Part shown: piece by piece, positions 9,807-20,375 of the stretch
Numbering within the stretch: position 1 is the stretch's first letter
Layout: the number at the start of each line of letters is the position of its first letter
Origin: Geopsychrobacteraceae bacterium
GTDB taxonomy: Bacteria > Desulfobacterota > Desulfuromonadia > Desulfuromonadales > Geopsychrobacteraceae
Length of the DNA: 64,000 bases
Direction: 5' to 3'
Assembly: GCA_963676795.2 (NCBI GenBank)
Contig: CAXXTB010000002.1
Span: forward strand, 1,728,001 to 1,792,000
Notes under the pieces: model-generated
What the model saw: the letters and a program-made list of their open reading frames with translations, nothing else
What the model was told of the DNA's origin: nothing
The model's database searches: none
Position numbers and translations under genes: made by a program

Positions 9807-9840
9807 AAAAAAAGGGTTAGCGAAAAACCGCTAACCCTTT
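9807..9840 (-). terminator. Terminator after tRNA-Pro
   Basis: AAAGGGTTAGCG/CGCTAACCCTTT stem with T-tract. Confidence 0.75.
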
Positions 9841-9848
9841 GATTTTAT

Positions 9849-9925
9849 TGGTCGGGATGACTGGATTTGAACCAGCGGCCCCTTGTCCCCCAGACAAGTG
9901 CGCTACCAGGCTGCGCCACATCCCG
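9849..9925 (-). tRNA. tRNA-Pro(GGG)
   Basis: CGGGATGTGGCGCAGCCTGGTAGCGCACTTGTCTGGGGGACAAG...GGTTCAAATCC...CCCGACCA, 77-nt cloverleaf; upstream TTGACA-17-GATACT promoter (9941-9969). Confidence 0.96.
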
Positions 9926-9985
9926 TTTTTGAATTTGCGAAGTATCTTGTATTCTCAAAGACTTGTCAAGAAAAATGGCTCTCCT

Positions 9986-11299
9986 TTAAAGCTTTCTCCG
10001 ATCGATAATCCGGCAGGCTTTCCCTTCATGACGAGTGATTGATGAAGGTTCAACCAGTTTGACCCTGGCACTGATGCCCAGGGCCGAGGCCAGCCTCTTT
10101 TCGGCCCGATCGATAAACATGCGCTGCTGCTTCATTTCATCAAAGAAAATCCGTTCGTTGACCTCGACCAGAATCTCTAATGTATCTGAGTTGTTGACCC
10201 GATCGACAATCAGCTGATAGTGAGGTTCGCACCCTTCAATCTGAAACAGGACCTCTTCAATCTGGGTCGGAAAGACATTCACCCCTTTGATGATCAGCAT
10301 ATCGTCACTGCGACCACGGGTCTTCTCCATCCGGGCCAGAGTCCGGCCACAGTCGCAGCGCTCATAGTGCAGGCGGGTGATATCCCGGGTCCGGTAGCGG
10401 ATCATCGGAAAGGCCTGCTTGGTCAGACTGGTGATGACCAGCTCACCGACCGAACCTTCGGGCAGGACCTCACCTGTATCGGGATCGATAATTTCGGCAA
10501 GAAAGTGATCTTCAGCAATATGCATCCCCCGCTTGAAGATACAGTCTCCGGCAACCCCCGGCCCCATAATTTCTGACAAACCAAAATTGTCGGTAGCAAT
10601 AATCCCGAGCCGCTGTTCAAGCTCGCTACGCATCTGCTCACTCCAGGGCTCAGCCCCGAAAAGACCGATCTTCAGAGCGAGTGATGCCGGATCAATCCCC
10701 TGCTTTTCCATCCGGTCGGCAATGGTCAGCGCATAGGACGGTGTACAGACCAGCACGGTCGAGCGGTAATCCTGCATGATCATGATCTGCTTGTCGGTAT
10801 TTCCTCCCGACATCGGAATGACCGAAGCGCCGATCAGCTCCGAGCCGTAATGCAGACCGAAGGCCCCGGTAAAAAGGCCGTAACCAAAGGCGATATGGAC
10901 GATATCCTCTTCGGTCACCCCGGCGGCGGTCATAAAGCGGGAGACAAGTTCGGACCAGGTCTGAATATCCTGTCTGGTATAGCCGACAACGGTCGGCTTG
11001 CCGGTTGTTCCCGAAGAGGAATGAATGCGCACCACATCGCGCATCGGTACGGCAAACATCCCATATGGATAGTTGAGCCGCAGGTCGGCCTTGGTGGTAA
11101 ACGGCAGATGTCTTAAATCCTCAAGAGTTCTCAGGTCATCAGGACAGAAGGAACATTGCCTGAATTTTTCCTGGTAGCAGGGCACATTTTCCGCCACCCG
11201 CGTGAGTGTCGACTTCAGACGTTCCAACTGCAAATCGCGTAACTGCTCACGCGCCATGCACTCCGCTTCCCGGTTCCAGATATTGATCGCCACCGACAT
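9986..11299 (-). CDS. paaK: Phenylacetate-CoA ligase family protein
   Basis: [42 protein letters not shown]. Confidence 0.92.
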   Translation of the reverse strand: MSVAINIWNREAECMAREQLRDLQLERLKSTLTRVAENVPCYQEKFRQCSFCPDDLRTLEDLRHLPFTTKADLRLNYPYGMFAVPMRDVVRIHSSSGTTGKPTVVGYTRQDIQTWSELVSRFMTAAGVTEEDIVHIAFGYGLFTGAFGLHYGSELIGASVIPMSGGNTDKQIMIMQDYRSTVLVCTPSYALTIADRMEKQGIDPASLALKIGLFGAEPWSEQMRSELEQRLGIIATDNFGLSEIMGPGVAGDCIFKRGMHIAEDHFLAEIIDPDTGEVLPEGSVGELVITSLTKQAFPMIRYRTRDITRLHYERCDCGRTLARMEKTRGRSDDMLIIKGVNVFPTQIEEVLFQIEGCEPHYQLIVDRVNNSDTLEILVEVNERIFFDEMKQQRMFIDRAEKRLASALGISARVKLVEPSSITRHEGKACRIIDRRKL

Positions 11300-11337
11300 A
11301 ATAAATAACTTTAAGTATTATTGATAAGTCACTGAAT

Positions 11338-11769
11338 CTAGATAGATGTCAGCTTCTCACCCTTGAGAATATTAACCCCGTTATCGCGCAACACCTGGAT
11401 AGCCTCATCGACGTTGTCAAAACGGAAGATGATAACGGCATTCCCGCCGGAACGTTCGACAAAGGCGTACATATATTCGACGTTGATTTGGTTCCAGTCG
11501 AGAATCTGCAGGATAGAAGACAGACCACCGGGACTATCGGGAACCTCGACACCAATAACCTCAGTCTTGTTGACGGTGAAATGATGATCGCGCAGAACCG
11601 TTAAGGCCTTTTCGCTGTCATCGACAATCAGGCGCAAGATACCAAAATCGGAGGTGTCCGCGAGCGACAGGGCGCGAATATTTACTCCGGAAGCTCCAAG
11701 GATTCCGGAAACTTCTGCAAGACGACCCGATTTATTTTCTATAAATATCGATATCTGTTCGACTTTCAT
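11338..11769 (-). CDS. ACT-domain protein (tandem ACT)
   Basis: [16 protein letters not shown]...NVEYMYAF, typical of the paaK/ior-associated ACT protein. Confidence 0.88.
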   Translation of the reverse strand: MKVEQISIFIENKSGRLAEVSGILGASGVNIRALSLADTSDFGILRLIVDDSEKALTVLRDHHFTVNKTEVIGVEVPDSPGGLSSILQILDWNQINVEYMYAFVERSGGNAVIIFRFDNVDEAIQVLRDNGVNILKGEKLTSI

Positions 11770-11790
11770 AACAGGCTCCTTGGTAGAATA

Positions 11791-13098
11791 TCAGGAATTC
11801 TGATTCCGCTTATCGATAACGCGCTGTGCCTTGCCTTCGCTTCGTGCGATGGTTTTGGGCTCTACCAGCCGGACCTTGCAGGTGACGCCGAGCAGATCCT
11901 TGATATCTTTCTTGACCTTGGCGCTTAGACCCTGCAACACCTTCACCTCATCAGAAAAGGTCTGTTCATTGACTTCAACCTGAACCTCCAGGGTATCGAG
12001 GTTTCCGTCACGTTCGACAATCAACTGATAGTGGGGCTCTATCCCTTCGATATTGAAGAGAACCGACTCGATCTGGCTCGGGAAGACATTGACACCACGA
12101 ATGATCAGCATATCGTCACTGCGGCCGCTGAGTCGCTCGATACGCAGGTGGGTCCGCCCGCAGACGCAGGGCTCAGTGATGAGGCGGGTGATATCCCGGG
12201 TCCGGTAACGAATCAGCGGAATCCCCTCCTTGGTGATGGTCGTGATAACCAGTTCACCTTTTTCACCCGGAGGCAGGACTTCACCCGTTTCAGGATCGAT
12301 GATTTCCGGAATGAAATGGTCCTCCCAGATATGCAGCCCGTTCTGGGCCTCGTAGCACTCTATTGCGACCCCCGGACCCATGATCTCGGAAAGACCATAG
12401 ATATCGATCGCCTTGATATTGAGTTTCTCCTCAATTTCACGGCGCATCTTTTCACTCCAGGGCTCAGCCCCCAGAATGCCGACCTTGAGTTTAAGATTCC
12501 TGATATCTATCCCCTCTTCCCTGGCAACCTCCGCCAGGAAAAGGCTGTAAGACGGCGTACAGGTCAGCACGGTCGAGCCGAAATCCTGCATGATCATCAG
12601 CTGCTTCTTGGTATTGCCACCGGAAATCGGAATAACGGAGGCCCCAAGTCGCTCGGCTCCGTAATGGGCACCCAGGCCGCCGGTAAAAAGCCCGTAGCCG
12701 TAGGCGTTGTGAATGATATCCTGTTTACCTGCGCCGGCCGCAGCGAAGGAACGGGCCATCAGTTCACTCCAGGTCTCGATATCCTTTTTGGTGTAGCCGA
12801 CAACGGTCGGCTTCCCGGTTGTTCCCGATGAAGCATGAATACGGACAATTTCCTCTAACGGAGCTGCAAACAGCCCATAGGGGTAATTGGCGCGCATATC
12901 CTGCTTCAAAGTAAAGGGCAGCTTCTGCAGATCAGCCAGGGACTGAATATGCTCCGGCGTTACACCGTGCTGCCTGAAACTCTGCTGATAAAAAGGGACT
13001 GATGCGTAAACCCGGGCAACAGTCTGTTGCAGACGTTTGAGCTGTATCGATTCAAGCGCTTCTCGTGGCAGTGTCTCAAATTCGTCATTCCAGATCAC
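11791..13098 (-). CDS. paaK: Phenylacetate-CoA ligase (second paralogue)
   Basis: [23 protein letters not shown] start after AGGAGG. Confidence 0.92.
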   Translation of the reverse strand: MIWNDEFETLPREALESIQLKRLQQTVARVYASVPFYQQSFRQHGVTPEHIQSLADLQKLPFTLKQDMRANYPYGLFAAPLEEIVRIHASSGTTGKPTVVGYTKKDIETWSELMARSFAAAGAGKQDIIHNAYGYGLFTGGLGAHYGAERLGASVIPISGGNTKKQLMIMQDFGSTVLTCTPSYSLFLAEVAREEGIDIRNLKLKVGILGAEPWSEKMRREIEEKLNIKAIDIYGLSEIMGPGVAIECYEAQNGLHIWEDHFIPEIIDPETGEVLPPGEKGELVITTITKEGIPLIRYRTRDITRLITEPCVCGRTHLRIERLSGRSDDMLIIRGVNVFPSQIESVLFNIEGIEPHYQLIVERDGNLDTLEVQVEVNEQTFSDEVKVLQGLSAKVKKDIKDLLGVTCKVRLVEPKTIARSEGKAQRVIDKRNQNS

Positions 13099-13115
13099 GG
13101 GACCTCCTGTAAAAA

Positions 13116-13694
13116 TTATTTCACCTGACAACCCAGCTCAAATGCCTTCAGATTGATCTCCAGAAGCCGCTCGGGAATCATTTTTTTCAATGCTTCAAGC
13201 CAGATGTTTTTATCAAAATCAAGGATGTTGGACAATGCTCCGAGCAGAACAGTATTGACGGTCTTGGAATTACCCGCCTGAAGCGCAAGATCCAGGCCAC
13301 TGACGACCGTCGTGGCCGGAAACTTCACACGTAGCTCTTCGGCGAGGTTCTGTGGATAGGCCATCTTGCCTAGCGCAACTGCAGGAGGCGCAATCTTCCA
13401 GTCGTTGACCACGACCCTGCCATTCTCTTTCAGCAGCGGCAGATAACGACAGGTTTCAAGCATCTCGAAGCTGAACAGGATATCAACCTCTCCTTCCGGG
13501 ATGATTGAGGAATAAACCTTGTCACCGTAACGGACGTGCGAAACAACACTGCCGCCACGTTGCGACATGCCATGGATCTCATTCTTTTTGACATCAAGGC
13601 CAGCCATCATGACCACTTCGGAAAGCACCTCACTGGCTAACAGAATCCCCTGTCCACCGACACCAGCCAAGAGGATATTGGTAATCTGACTCAT
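13116..13694 (-). CDS. iorB: Indolepyruvate:ferredoxin oxidoreductase beta subunit
   Basis: [16 protein letters not shown]. Confidence 0.92.
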   Translation of the reverse strand: MSQITNILLAGVGGQGILLASEVLSEVVMMAGLDVKKNEIHGMSQRGGSVVSHVRYGDKVYSSIIPEGEVDILFSFEMLETCRYLPLLKENGRVVVNDWKIAPPAVALGKMAYPQNLAEELRVKFPATTVVSGLDLALQAGNSKTVNTVLLGALSNILDFDKNIWLEALKKMIPERLLEINLKAFELGCQVK

Positions 13695-13696
13695 GA

Positions 13697-15445
13697 TTAT
13701 TCACACTCCTTGAATGCGCCAAAACCACAGGTCTGCTGGCAAACCTTACAGCCGACACAGATGATGGGGTCGATATTCGACTTTTTCTTCTCATCGTCCC
13801 AGGTAATTGCCGGACAACCGAGCTTAAGACAGGCCTTACAACCGACGCAGACGCTGTGATCGACATAAAGCGGCTTGCGCTTTTCCCTGTTGTCACGGGG
13901 AACAAGCATACAGGGGCGTGTGGTAATGATGACCGAGACCTCATCGCGGGCCATCTCCTCACGGAGGGTCTTACGCGTCAGGGCGATATCATAAGGGTCG
14001 ATCACTGCGATATGCTTGACACCAACAGCCCTGCAGAGCTGCTCCAGGTTGACACGGTAGGTCTGATCCTCGGTCAGGGTGTAGCCTGATGTCGGGTTCT
14101 CCTGACGGCCGGTCATTGCGGTAATGCGGTTATCCAGAATAATGACTGTCGAAGCGGATTTATTATAAACCATGTCCATCAGGCCGTTGATGCCGGTATG
14201 GAGGAAAGTCGAGTCACCGATAACCGCAACAACCTTGCGCTGATCCTCATCACTGAGTACCTTGCTGATCCCGGTGGCCATACCGATACTCGCCCCCATG
14301 CAGACACAGGTATCCATGGCCGACAGCGGCGGCATAAAACCCAGGGTGTAACAGCCGATATCGCCCGAGACATAGGCCTTGGCACGGTTCAGTTCCATAA
14401 AAATACCGCGGTGCGGACAGCCGGGGCACATGTTTGGTGGACGTTGCGGAAGTTCGGGCGAGGCATCTTCAACGGGAACATCGGTGCCGAAGAGCGCCTG
14501 CTGCAGACGCCCGGGAGTCAGCTCACCGCAAAGCGGCAACTTGTCCTTGCCGATGACCTCGATCCCCATGGCCCGGACCTGATCTTCAATGAAAGGATCC
14601 AGCTCTTCGACGACATACAGGGTCTTATAGCGGGCGGCAAAATCACGAATCAGTGATTTCGCCAGAGGATAAACCAGCCCCAGCTTAAGCACTGCGGCGT
14701 TCGGCAGAACCTCTTTGACATACTGATAGGAAACACCGGAGGTAATGACTCCGACATCACCTGATGCGTCTTCTATTCTGTTAAAGGATTGGCTGCAGGC
14801 CCAGGACTCAAGATCTGTAATCCGCTTTTCGACATCAAAGTGGCGGCGCCGGGCATTGCCGGGCAACATGACCAGTTTCTGCGGGTTGCGATCAAGGACG
14901 GGCGCTTTGATCTGCTCAGGGCGCTCACCGAGCTGAACGATCGATTTCGAATGCGAGATACGTGTCGTAGTACGCAGCAGTACGGGAGTATCGAACATTT
15001 CACTCAGCTCGAAAGCAGCCTTGGTGAAATCGAGAGCTTCCTGACTGTCTGCAGGTTCAAACATCGGTATCTTGGCAAACTTGGCATAGTTGCGGTTATC
15101 CTGTTCATTCTGAGAGGAATGTAATTCCGGATCGTCAGCCGTGACTAGAACCAGGCCACCGTTTACGCCGGTGTACGACAGGGTAAATAGAGGATCTGCG
15201 GCGACATTGACACCGACATGCTTCATCGTCACGATCGATCGTGCGCCACCGAAGCAGGCCCCGATACCGACCTCAAGAGCCACCTTTTCATTTGGCGCCC
15301 ATGACGCGTTGATCTCTGTATATCTGGTTATATTTTCCAGAATCTCGGTGCTTGGGGTCCCCGGGTAGGCACTGGCAACAAGAACACCAGCTTCAAAGGC
15401 ACCACGCGCTATAGCTTCGTTCCCTGAAAGCAGTACTTTGTTCAT
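13697..15445 (-). CDS. iorA: Indolepyruvate:ferredoxin oxidoreductase alpha subunit
   Basis: YPGTPSTE, MKHVGVNVAAD, CPGCPH, GDSTF; C-terminal 2x[4Fe-4S] motifs. Confidence 0.94.
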   Translation of the reverse strand: MNKVLLSGNEAIARGAFEAGVLVASAYPGTPSTEILENITRYTEINASWAPNEKVALEVGIGACFGGARSIVTMKHVGVNVAADPLFTLSYTGVNGGLVLVTADDPELHSSQNEQDNRNYAKFAKIPMFEPADSQEALDFTKAAFELSEMFDTPVLLRTTTRISHSKSIVQLGERPEQIKAPVLDRNPQKLVMLPGNARRRHFDVEKRITDLESWACSQSFNRIEDASGDVGVITSGVSYQYVKEVLPNAAVLKLGLVYPLAKSLIRDFAARYKTLYVVEELDPFIEDQVRAMGIEVIGKDKLPLCGELTPGRLQQALFGTDVPVEDASPELPQRPPNMCPGCPHRGIFMELNRAKAYVSGDIGCYTLGFMPPLSAMDTCVCMGASIGMATGISKVLSDEDQRKVVAVIGDSTFLHTGINGLMDMVYNKSASTVIILDNRITAMTGRQENPTSGYTLTEDQTYRVNLEQLCRAVGVKHIAVIDPYDIALTRKTLREEMARDEVSVIITTRPCMLVPRDNREKRKPLYVDHSVCVGCKACLKLGCPAITWDDEKKKSNIDPIICVGCKVCQQTCGFGAFKECE

Positions 15446-15516
15446 AAAAGCCCTTAGAAATTATTGAATTTGATTGAAGAAAAGATGGGCAATCATAGGC
15501 AATCACTGGTCTTCTG

Positions 15517-16422
15517 TCAACGTGTGCTACACATCTCCAGCAGCAGACCTTCCAGCAGTCCGGAATCTGAAACTTTTATTTGATCCTGCTGAAATGATTG
15601 ACAAAATGCCATTGAAATTCGCAGACCATGAGCAATCAGATCGCCGCGTCCCGGCTCCATACCAACAATCGCTTCGCGCTCGGCCTTTGAAAGTGGTAGA
15701 ATCTGCTCAAAGGTCCTCTCCATCCACGCCAAGGGGATGATGTGGTTGTTGATCAGTGCCGGTTGATAGTCAGCAAGTTCGAGATTCATGGCTGCAAGGG
15801 TTGTCACTGTCCCTGCCGTACCGACCAGGCAGTAATCGCTGCCCAGCAATCCTGCTTTCTCAAGCTGGCTGCGCAGATCAGTAAAAACGGCATCGATGGC
15901 GGACTGCCGTTCCATATCGTTGTGACATTCCTCCTCAAGCCGGACAACACCCAAGGGGTAGCTCTTCTGAAAAGCCACCGACTGGTCACGCAGACAGATC
16001 AACTCGGTACTCCCGCCACCGATATCCATGATGATAGCCCGCTCCGGTGGGGGCTCTATAACCGACATGACACCAGTGGTTGTCAGGGCCGCTTCGAGGT
16101 TGCCGTCAATCACCTCTATCTCGATGCCGGTCTCAGACAGGACTGAATCGATAAACTCCTGACGATTTGCCGCCCGGCGCACAGCCTCCGTCGCTACGGC
16201 ACGGATCCGGGCCACCTGCTGCTCTTCAGCCTGCTGAACAAACCATCTCAGAACAGTGATAGCACGCTGCATACTTTCGGCGTGCAGGCCTTTCTCTGCA
16301 TCAAACCGCCCTGACAATCTGGCAATCTGACGCAAATAACGCTGTGGCTCGATTCCCGTTGAACCACAGCGTCCCAGAAGCATTCTCAATGTGTTACTGC
16401 CAATATCGATTGCAGCAAGCAT
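15517..16422 (-). CDS. ppx: Ppx/GppA exopolyphosphatase
   Basis: AAIDIGSNT, DIGGGSTE, GTAGT. Confidence 0.9.
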   Translation of the reverse strand: MLAAIDIGSNTLRMLLGRCGSTGIEPQRYLRQIARLSGRFDAEKGLHAESMQRAITVLRWFVQQAEEQQVARIRAVATEAVRRAANRQEFIDSVLSETGIEIEVIDGNLEAALTTTGVMSVIEPPPERAIIMDIGGGSTELICLRDQSVAFQKSYPLGVVRLEEECHNDMERQSAIDAVFTDLRSQLEKAGLLGSDYCLVGTAGTVTTLAAMNLELADYQPALINNHIIPLAWMERTFEQILPLSKAEREAIVGMEPGRGDLIAHGLRISMAFCQSFQQDQIKVSDSGLLEGLLLEMCSTR

Positions 16423-16427
16423 ATAGT

Positions 16428-18116
16428 TTATTTCTGACCCAGAACGGCCTCTGTCACATTGAAAGTATGATCACCTATCTTCTCAAAGCTGTGAATCATA
16501 TCGATAAAGACAAGTCCAGGAGTGACCGCGCAGTCTCCTGTGTTCAGACGCGCGATATGGTTCTGACGCATCGTTTCTTCCATCAGATCGATCGAATCTT
16601 CAAAATCGAGAGAGACCCGCTCAAAACTCTTGTCCGGGTTATCCATGGATTTGATGACATGCTTGAGGAAATCGAGGGTCTTTTGTGAAATCTCCTCGAT
16701 CTCAGACATAGCTGTATCAGAGAAGGGAATCTTTTCCTCAACCCGACGAACACCAAGTTCCCACAGATTTTCACAATGATCTCCGATACGTTCAAGATCG
16801 TTGGCCATATTCATGATCGAACCAATAGAAGCCGAGGTTTCTGCAGAAATTGAACACTGCGACAACTTAACAAGAAAGGCATGAATCTCTTTTTGCAGAA
16901 CATCGACCAGCTCTTCCTTCTGTTCTAACCCCTTGACAACTTTCATGTCTCCCGATTTCAGAAAAGAAATCGTTTCTTCGGCCATTTCCTGAGCAATCAG
17001 GGCCATTCTCTTGGCTTCACGACGCGCCTGGCCAACAGCAACCGGAGGCGTATTGAGCACCCGGTCATCAATATACTTGACCTGCATCATCTCCCCCGTC
17101 TCCTTACCACGAATGAACATGGTCGAGAGCTTTGCCAGTACGCCGATCAACGGCAGGAAGACGAGGGTATTGATGATATTGAACATGGTGTGGGTATTGG
17201 CAATATGCCGTGCTATGTACGGCTTGTCACCGATGGCAGCAGAGAAGGTATCCGCCTGAGCCTGAGTTTGAATGACAAAATCTGCGTCACCAGGCGTTAT
17301 ATAGTTAATGAATTTTATAAACAAGGAAAAGAAAATCAGCATATAGATAACGCCGAGAACATTGAACAGGAAGTGAGAAAACGCTGTCCTGCGTGCGGCT
17401 ACATTTGTCCCGATAGCAGCCAGATTGGCTGTAATCGTCGTCCCGATATTCTCACCGAGAATCAGCGCGACACTCCCCTCGAAGGAAACAAGTCCGGAAG
17501 TCGCCAAAGCCAAGGTAATACCAATCGTCGCACTGCTACTTTGCACGATAACCGTCAACAATGCGCCGATAAGAACCCCGAGAAGCTTGTAATCACCTAC
17601 CAGAAGAAAAATATCCCGGAATTCGGCGTTGGTTCGCAGCGGCTTAAAAGCCCCTTCCATTGTCGACAAGCCATAAAACAACAGGCCAAAACCGAGCAGG
17701 ATTTCGCCAATGTAAACGTATTTTTTGTTACGACTGAACAGTTTGAGACCAACACCGATACCAATGGCAGGAAGAGCGAACTTGGTGATCTTGAAGGCGA
17801 TCAGCTGCGCTGTGATAGTCGTACCGATATTCGCACCAAGAACAACACCGATCGACTGGACCAGCGAAAGAAGACCGGCATTGACAAAACCGACGACCAT
17901 GACAGTCGTGGCACTTGATGATTGAATAATCGCCGTGACTGCCAAACCGACCAATGCGCCCACAATTCGATTGTTGGTCAGAGCGGCGAGAATCTTTCTC
18001 ATTCGTTCGCCGGCGATTTTCTGTAGTCCTTCGGACATGATCTTCATGCCAAAAAGGAACATACCCAGACCACCAATCAATCCGAAAATAAGGCTTTGGT
18101 TCAGTAGTGCAGACAT
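16428..18116 (-). CDS. Na/Pi cotransporter with PhoU-like C-terminus
   Basis: Two QSSSAT repeats, GANIGTT/GENIGTT, LERIGDH/FEKIGDH. Confidence 0.92.
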   Translation of the reverse strand: MSALLNQSLIFGLIGGLGMFLFGMKIMSEGLQKIAGERMRKILAALTNNRIVGALVGLAVTAIIQSSSATTVMVVGFVNAGLLSLVQSIGVVLGANIGTTITAQLIAFKITKFALPAIGIGVGLKLFSRNKKYVYIGEILLGFGLLFYGLSTMEGAFKPLRTNAEFRDIFLLVGDYKLLGVLIGALLTVIVQSSSATIGITLALATSGLVSFEGSVALILGENIGTTITANLAAIGTNVAARRTAFSHFLFNVLGVIYMLIFFSLFIKFINYITPGDADFVIQTQAQADTFSAAIGDKPYIARHIANTHTMFNIINTLVFLPLIGVLAKLSTMFIRGKETGEMMQVKYIDDRVLNTPPVAVGQARREAKRMALIAQEMAEETISFLKSGDMKVVKGLEQKEELVDVLQKEIHAFLVKLSQCSISAETSASIGSIMNMANDLERIGDHCENLWELGVRRVEEKIPFSDTAMSEIEEISQKTLDFLKHVIKSMDNPDKSFERVSLDFEDSIDLMEETMRQNHIARLNTGDCAVTPGLVFIDMIHSFEKIGDHTFNVTEAVLGQK

Positions 18117-18299
18117 GGGATCACTCAACTCCTGTCGATTTTTTTAACAGATAACATAATGCTAACAATCGACTAACGATCAAACTTTACAATGCTAGCG
18201 CGGCTTATTTTCGGCGCGAATACTATAACGCATAGACCATTTTCTCAATAAAAAATGGCCGGATTTAATCCGACCGTCAATAACTTACTAAACTTACTA

Positions 18300-18773
18300 C
18301 TACTTGCGTCCAAGAATGGTCGTCAGCATTTTACGATAATCCCGCTTTGCAGAGCGTAACCTCCCGGTAAAAATCCTGACAATGTTCAACAAAAGTTGCA
18401 TACCCAGACGTGGGTTGGATGCGGCAAGCTTTTCAAAATCCCTCGTGGAAAGAGAATAGAGGATTGCATCTTCTGCAATACGCGCCGAAGAGGATCGAGG
18501 ACCGCTGTCCACAATGGCCATTTCACCAAAAACATCGCCGGTTCCAAGGACAACCAGGATCTGCTCATCCCCTTCAGCCAGCATCTGCGATATGCGAACC
18601 GTCCCCTCCTTGACGAGATAGAGCGATTCGCCTGGCATATTTTCAATAAAAACCGTCTTCCCTTCCGCGACCCTGCGCTCAGTAAAAACAGCTCCTAACA
18701 GTTCTATTTCCTTCTGGGCAAGTCCCTTAAAAAGAGGACTCTCTGCCAGACCAAGCAGATTTACCTGCGGCAT
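18300..18773 (-). CDS. Cyclic nucleotide-binding domain protein
   Basis: GDVFGEMA...PRSSSAR phosphate-binding cassette. Confidence 0.88.
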   Translation of the reverse strand: MPQVNLLGLAESPLFKGLAQKEIELLGAVFTERRVAEGKTVFIENMPGESLYLVKEGTVRISQMLAEGDEQILVVLGTGDVFGEMAIVDSGPRSSSARIAEDAILYSLSTRDFEKLAASNPRLGMQLLLNIVRIFTGRLRSAKRDYRKMLTTILGRK

Positions 18774-18799
18774 ACTCTCTCCTCACCGGCCATGACATT

Positions 18800-19306
18800 T
18801 CAAGAACGGTACAGTGCAACATAGTCCAGATAGTTTTGCGCAGATTGGGCAAGAAAATCCATCTCTACCCGGGTCAAACCACGCTTGTATCTTGCCGGGG
18901 AACCAACATACAAAGATCCAGATCTGACGACGGTTCCCGGAGCCACCAGAGCGCCCGCCGCGATCATCGAACCACTCTCCACGACCGCACCGTCAAGGAT
19001 AATTGCCCCCATGCCGATCAGGCAACGATCCCCGATCGTACAACCATGAATGGTAACGTTATGGCCGATCGTGACATCATCACCGATAATTGTCGGATGC
19101 GTTTTGTTCGTGACATGGATCACGGTTCCGTCCTGGATATTGGTCCTGCTGCCGATACGGATATAGTTGACATCACCGCGGATAACGACACGGAACCAGA
19201 CACTGCAACCCGCCCCCAGAGAGACATCACCAATAATATCACAGGAGTCGGCCATAAAAACAGAATCGTCAAGGACAGGCCTGACTCCCTGAAACGGCAA
19301 CAGCAT
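18800..19306 (-). CDS. Gamma carbonic anhydrase/YrdA-like hexapeptide-repeat protein
   Basis: IRGDVN, NIQDG, TIGH..IHGC. Confidence 0.9.
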   Translation of the reverse strand: MLLPFQGVRPVLDDSVFMADSCDIIGDVSLGAGCSVWFRVVIRGDVNYIRIGSRTNIQDGTVIHVTNKTHPTIIGDDVTIGHNVTIHGCTIGDRCLIGMGAIILDGAVVESGSMIAAGALVAPGTVVRSGSLYVGSPARYKRGLTRVEMDFLAQSAQNYLDYVALYRS

Positions 19307-19379
19307 AAGGGTCCCTTTCGTTCACAATAAAAAAGGCCCACTCCTATACAGAAGAGGGCCCCGAATGGTTTTGTAGCTA

Positions 19380-19655
19380 TCAGGAATCAACACGCTCTTT
19401 CAATTCCTTACCAACCTTGAAGAATGGAAGTTTTTTCTCGTTAACTTCAATAACCTCACCGGTTTTCGGATTACGTCCCATATAAGCCTTATAATCCTTG
19501 ACCAGAAAACTTCCGAAGCCGCGTATCTCGATACGGTCATTGTCGATCAGGGCTTGTGACATAGAGTCAAAGATCAGGTTGACAATCTGCTCAGCTTTTT
19601 TATAGGTGAGATTCTTGCGTTGCGATAGCTCTTCTACCAGTTCAGACTTATTCAT
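19380..19655 (-). CDS. ihfB: Integration host factor beta/HU family protein
   Basis: MNKSEL, IEIRGFGSF, GRNPKTGE, PFFKVGKEL. Confidence 0.88.
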   Translation of the reverse strand: MNKSELVEELSQRKNLTYKKAEQIVNLIFDSMSQALIDNDRIEIRGFGSFLVKDYKAYMGRNPKTGEVIEVNEKKLPFFKVGKELKERVDS

Positions 19656-19783
19656 AAGCCCCCCTTCAGTTTATAGGGTTAGCAGATTTCGTAATCATTT
19701 TAGAGAGACTATACAACAAGCCTTACCCATGTCAACCAGATGCGCATAAATTTCGCATATTTAGAAAACAGAACCGAATAAGT

Positions 19784-20350
19784 CTAGATAACGGTAAAGG
19801 GAGACAGGGTCCAGATCACTCTTGCGTCCTTATCCCCGATATTCTCCCAGCGGTGCGGCAGATGGGACTTGAAACAGAGGCTGTCTCCTCCCTCAAGGAC
19901 AAACTCCTCATCGACAATCACCATGCGAATCCGCCCTTCGAGAACATAGATAAGCTCATCGCCGGGGTGATACATATTCTTGTCACCACTGACCCCGCCC
20001 TTTTCGATTGTGCCATAAAAGGACATGAACTGCGGGTCACGCAGACCGGAGGTGAAGGACTCGGTATGAAGGTTGTTTTCGTCATCATAGACAGTCATGT
20101 CCCGCTGGCCAGGACGGGTATAAACAACCTCATGAGAGGATGCGACGTCCTCAACAAAATAATTGATGCTCTTGTCAAAAACTGTCGCCAGGCGCATCAG
20201 GATTTCGACCGAGGGGATGGTCAGCCCACGCTCTATTCTCGATATCATATTCGACGAAACCTGAGATCTGTCCGCCAGAATCTGAATGGTCATATCATTC
20301 TTGAGACGAATCTCCTTCAGTTTTTTCCCTACAATCTTTTTCACCTGCAT
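19784..20350 (-). CDS. XRE-family HTH regulator with cupin domain
   Basis: ISRIERGLTIPSV HTH; HPGDE...HRWEN cupin. Confidence 0.9.
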   Translation of the reverse strand: MQVKKIVGKKLKEIRLKNDMTIQILADRSQVSSNMISRIERGLTIPSVEILMRLATVFDKSINYFVEDVASSHEVVYTRPGQRDMTVYDDENNLHTESFTSGLRDPQFMSFYGTIEKGGVSGDKNMYHPGDELIYVLEGRIRMVIVDEEFVLEGGDSLCFKSHLPHRWENIGDKDARVIWTLSPFTVI

Positions 20351-20375
20351 GGCGAACTCCCGTCAGAGAAAGTAG

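Noticed and set aside
10220..12840. Nucleotide similarity between the two paaK genes as a repeat element
   Set aside because: Explained by paralogy
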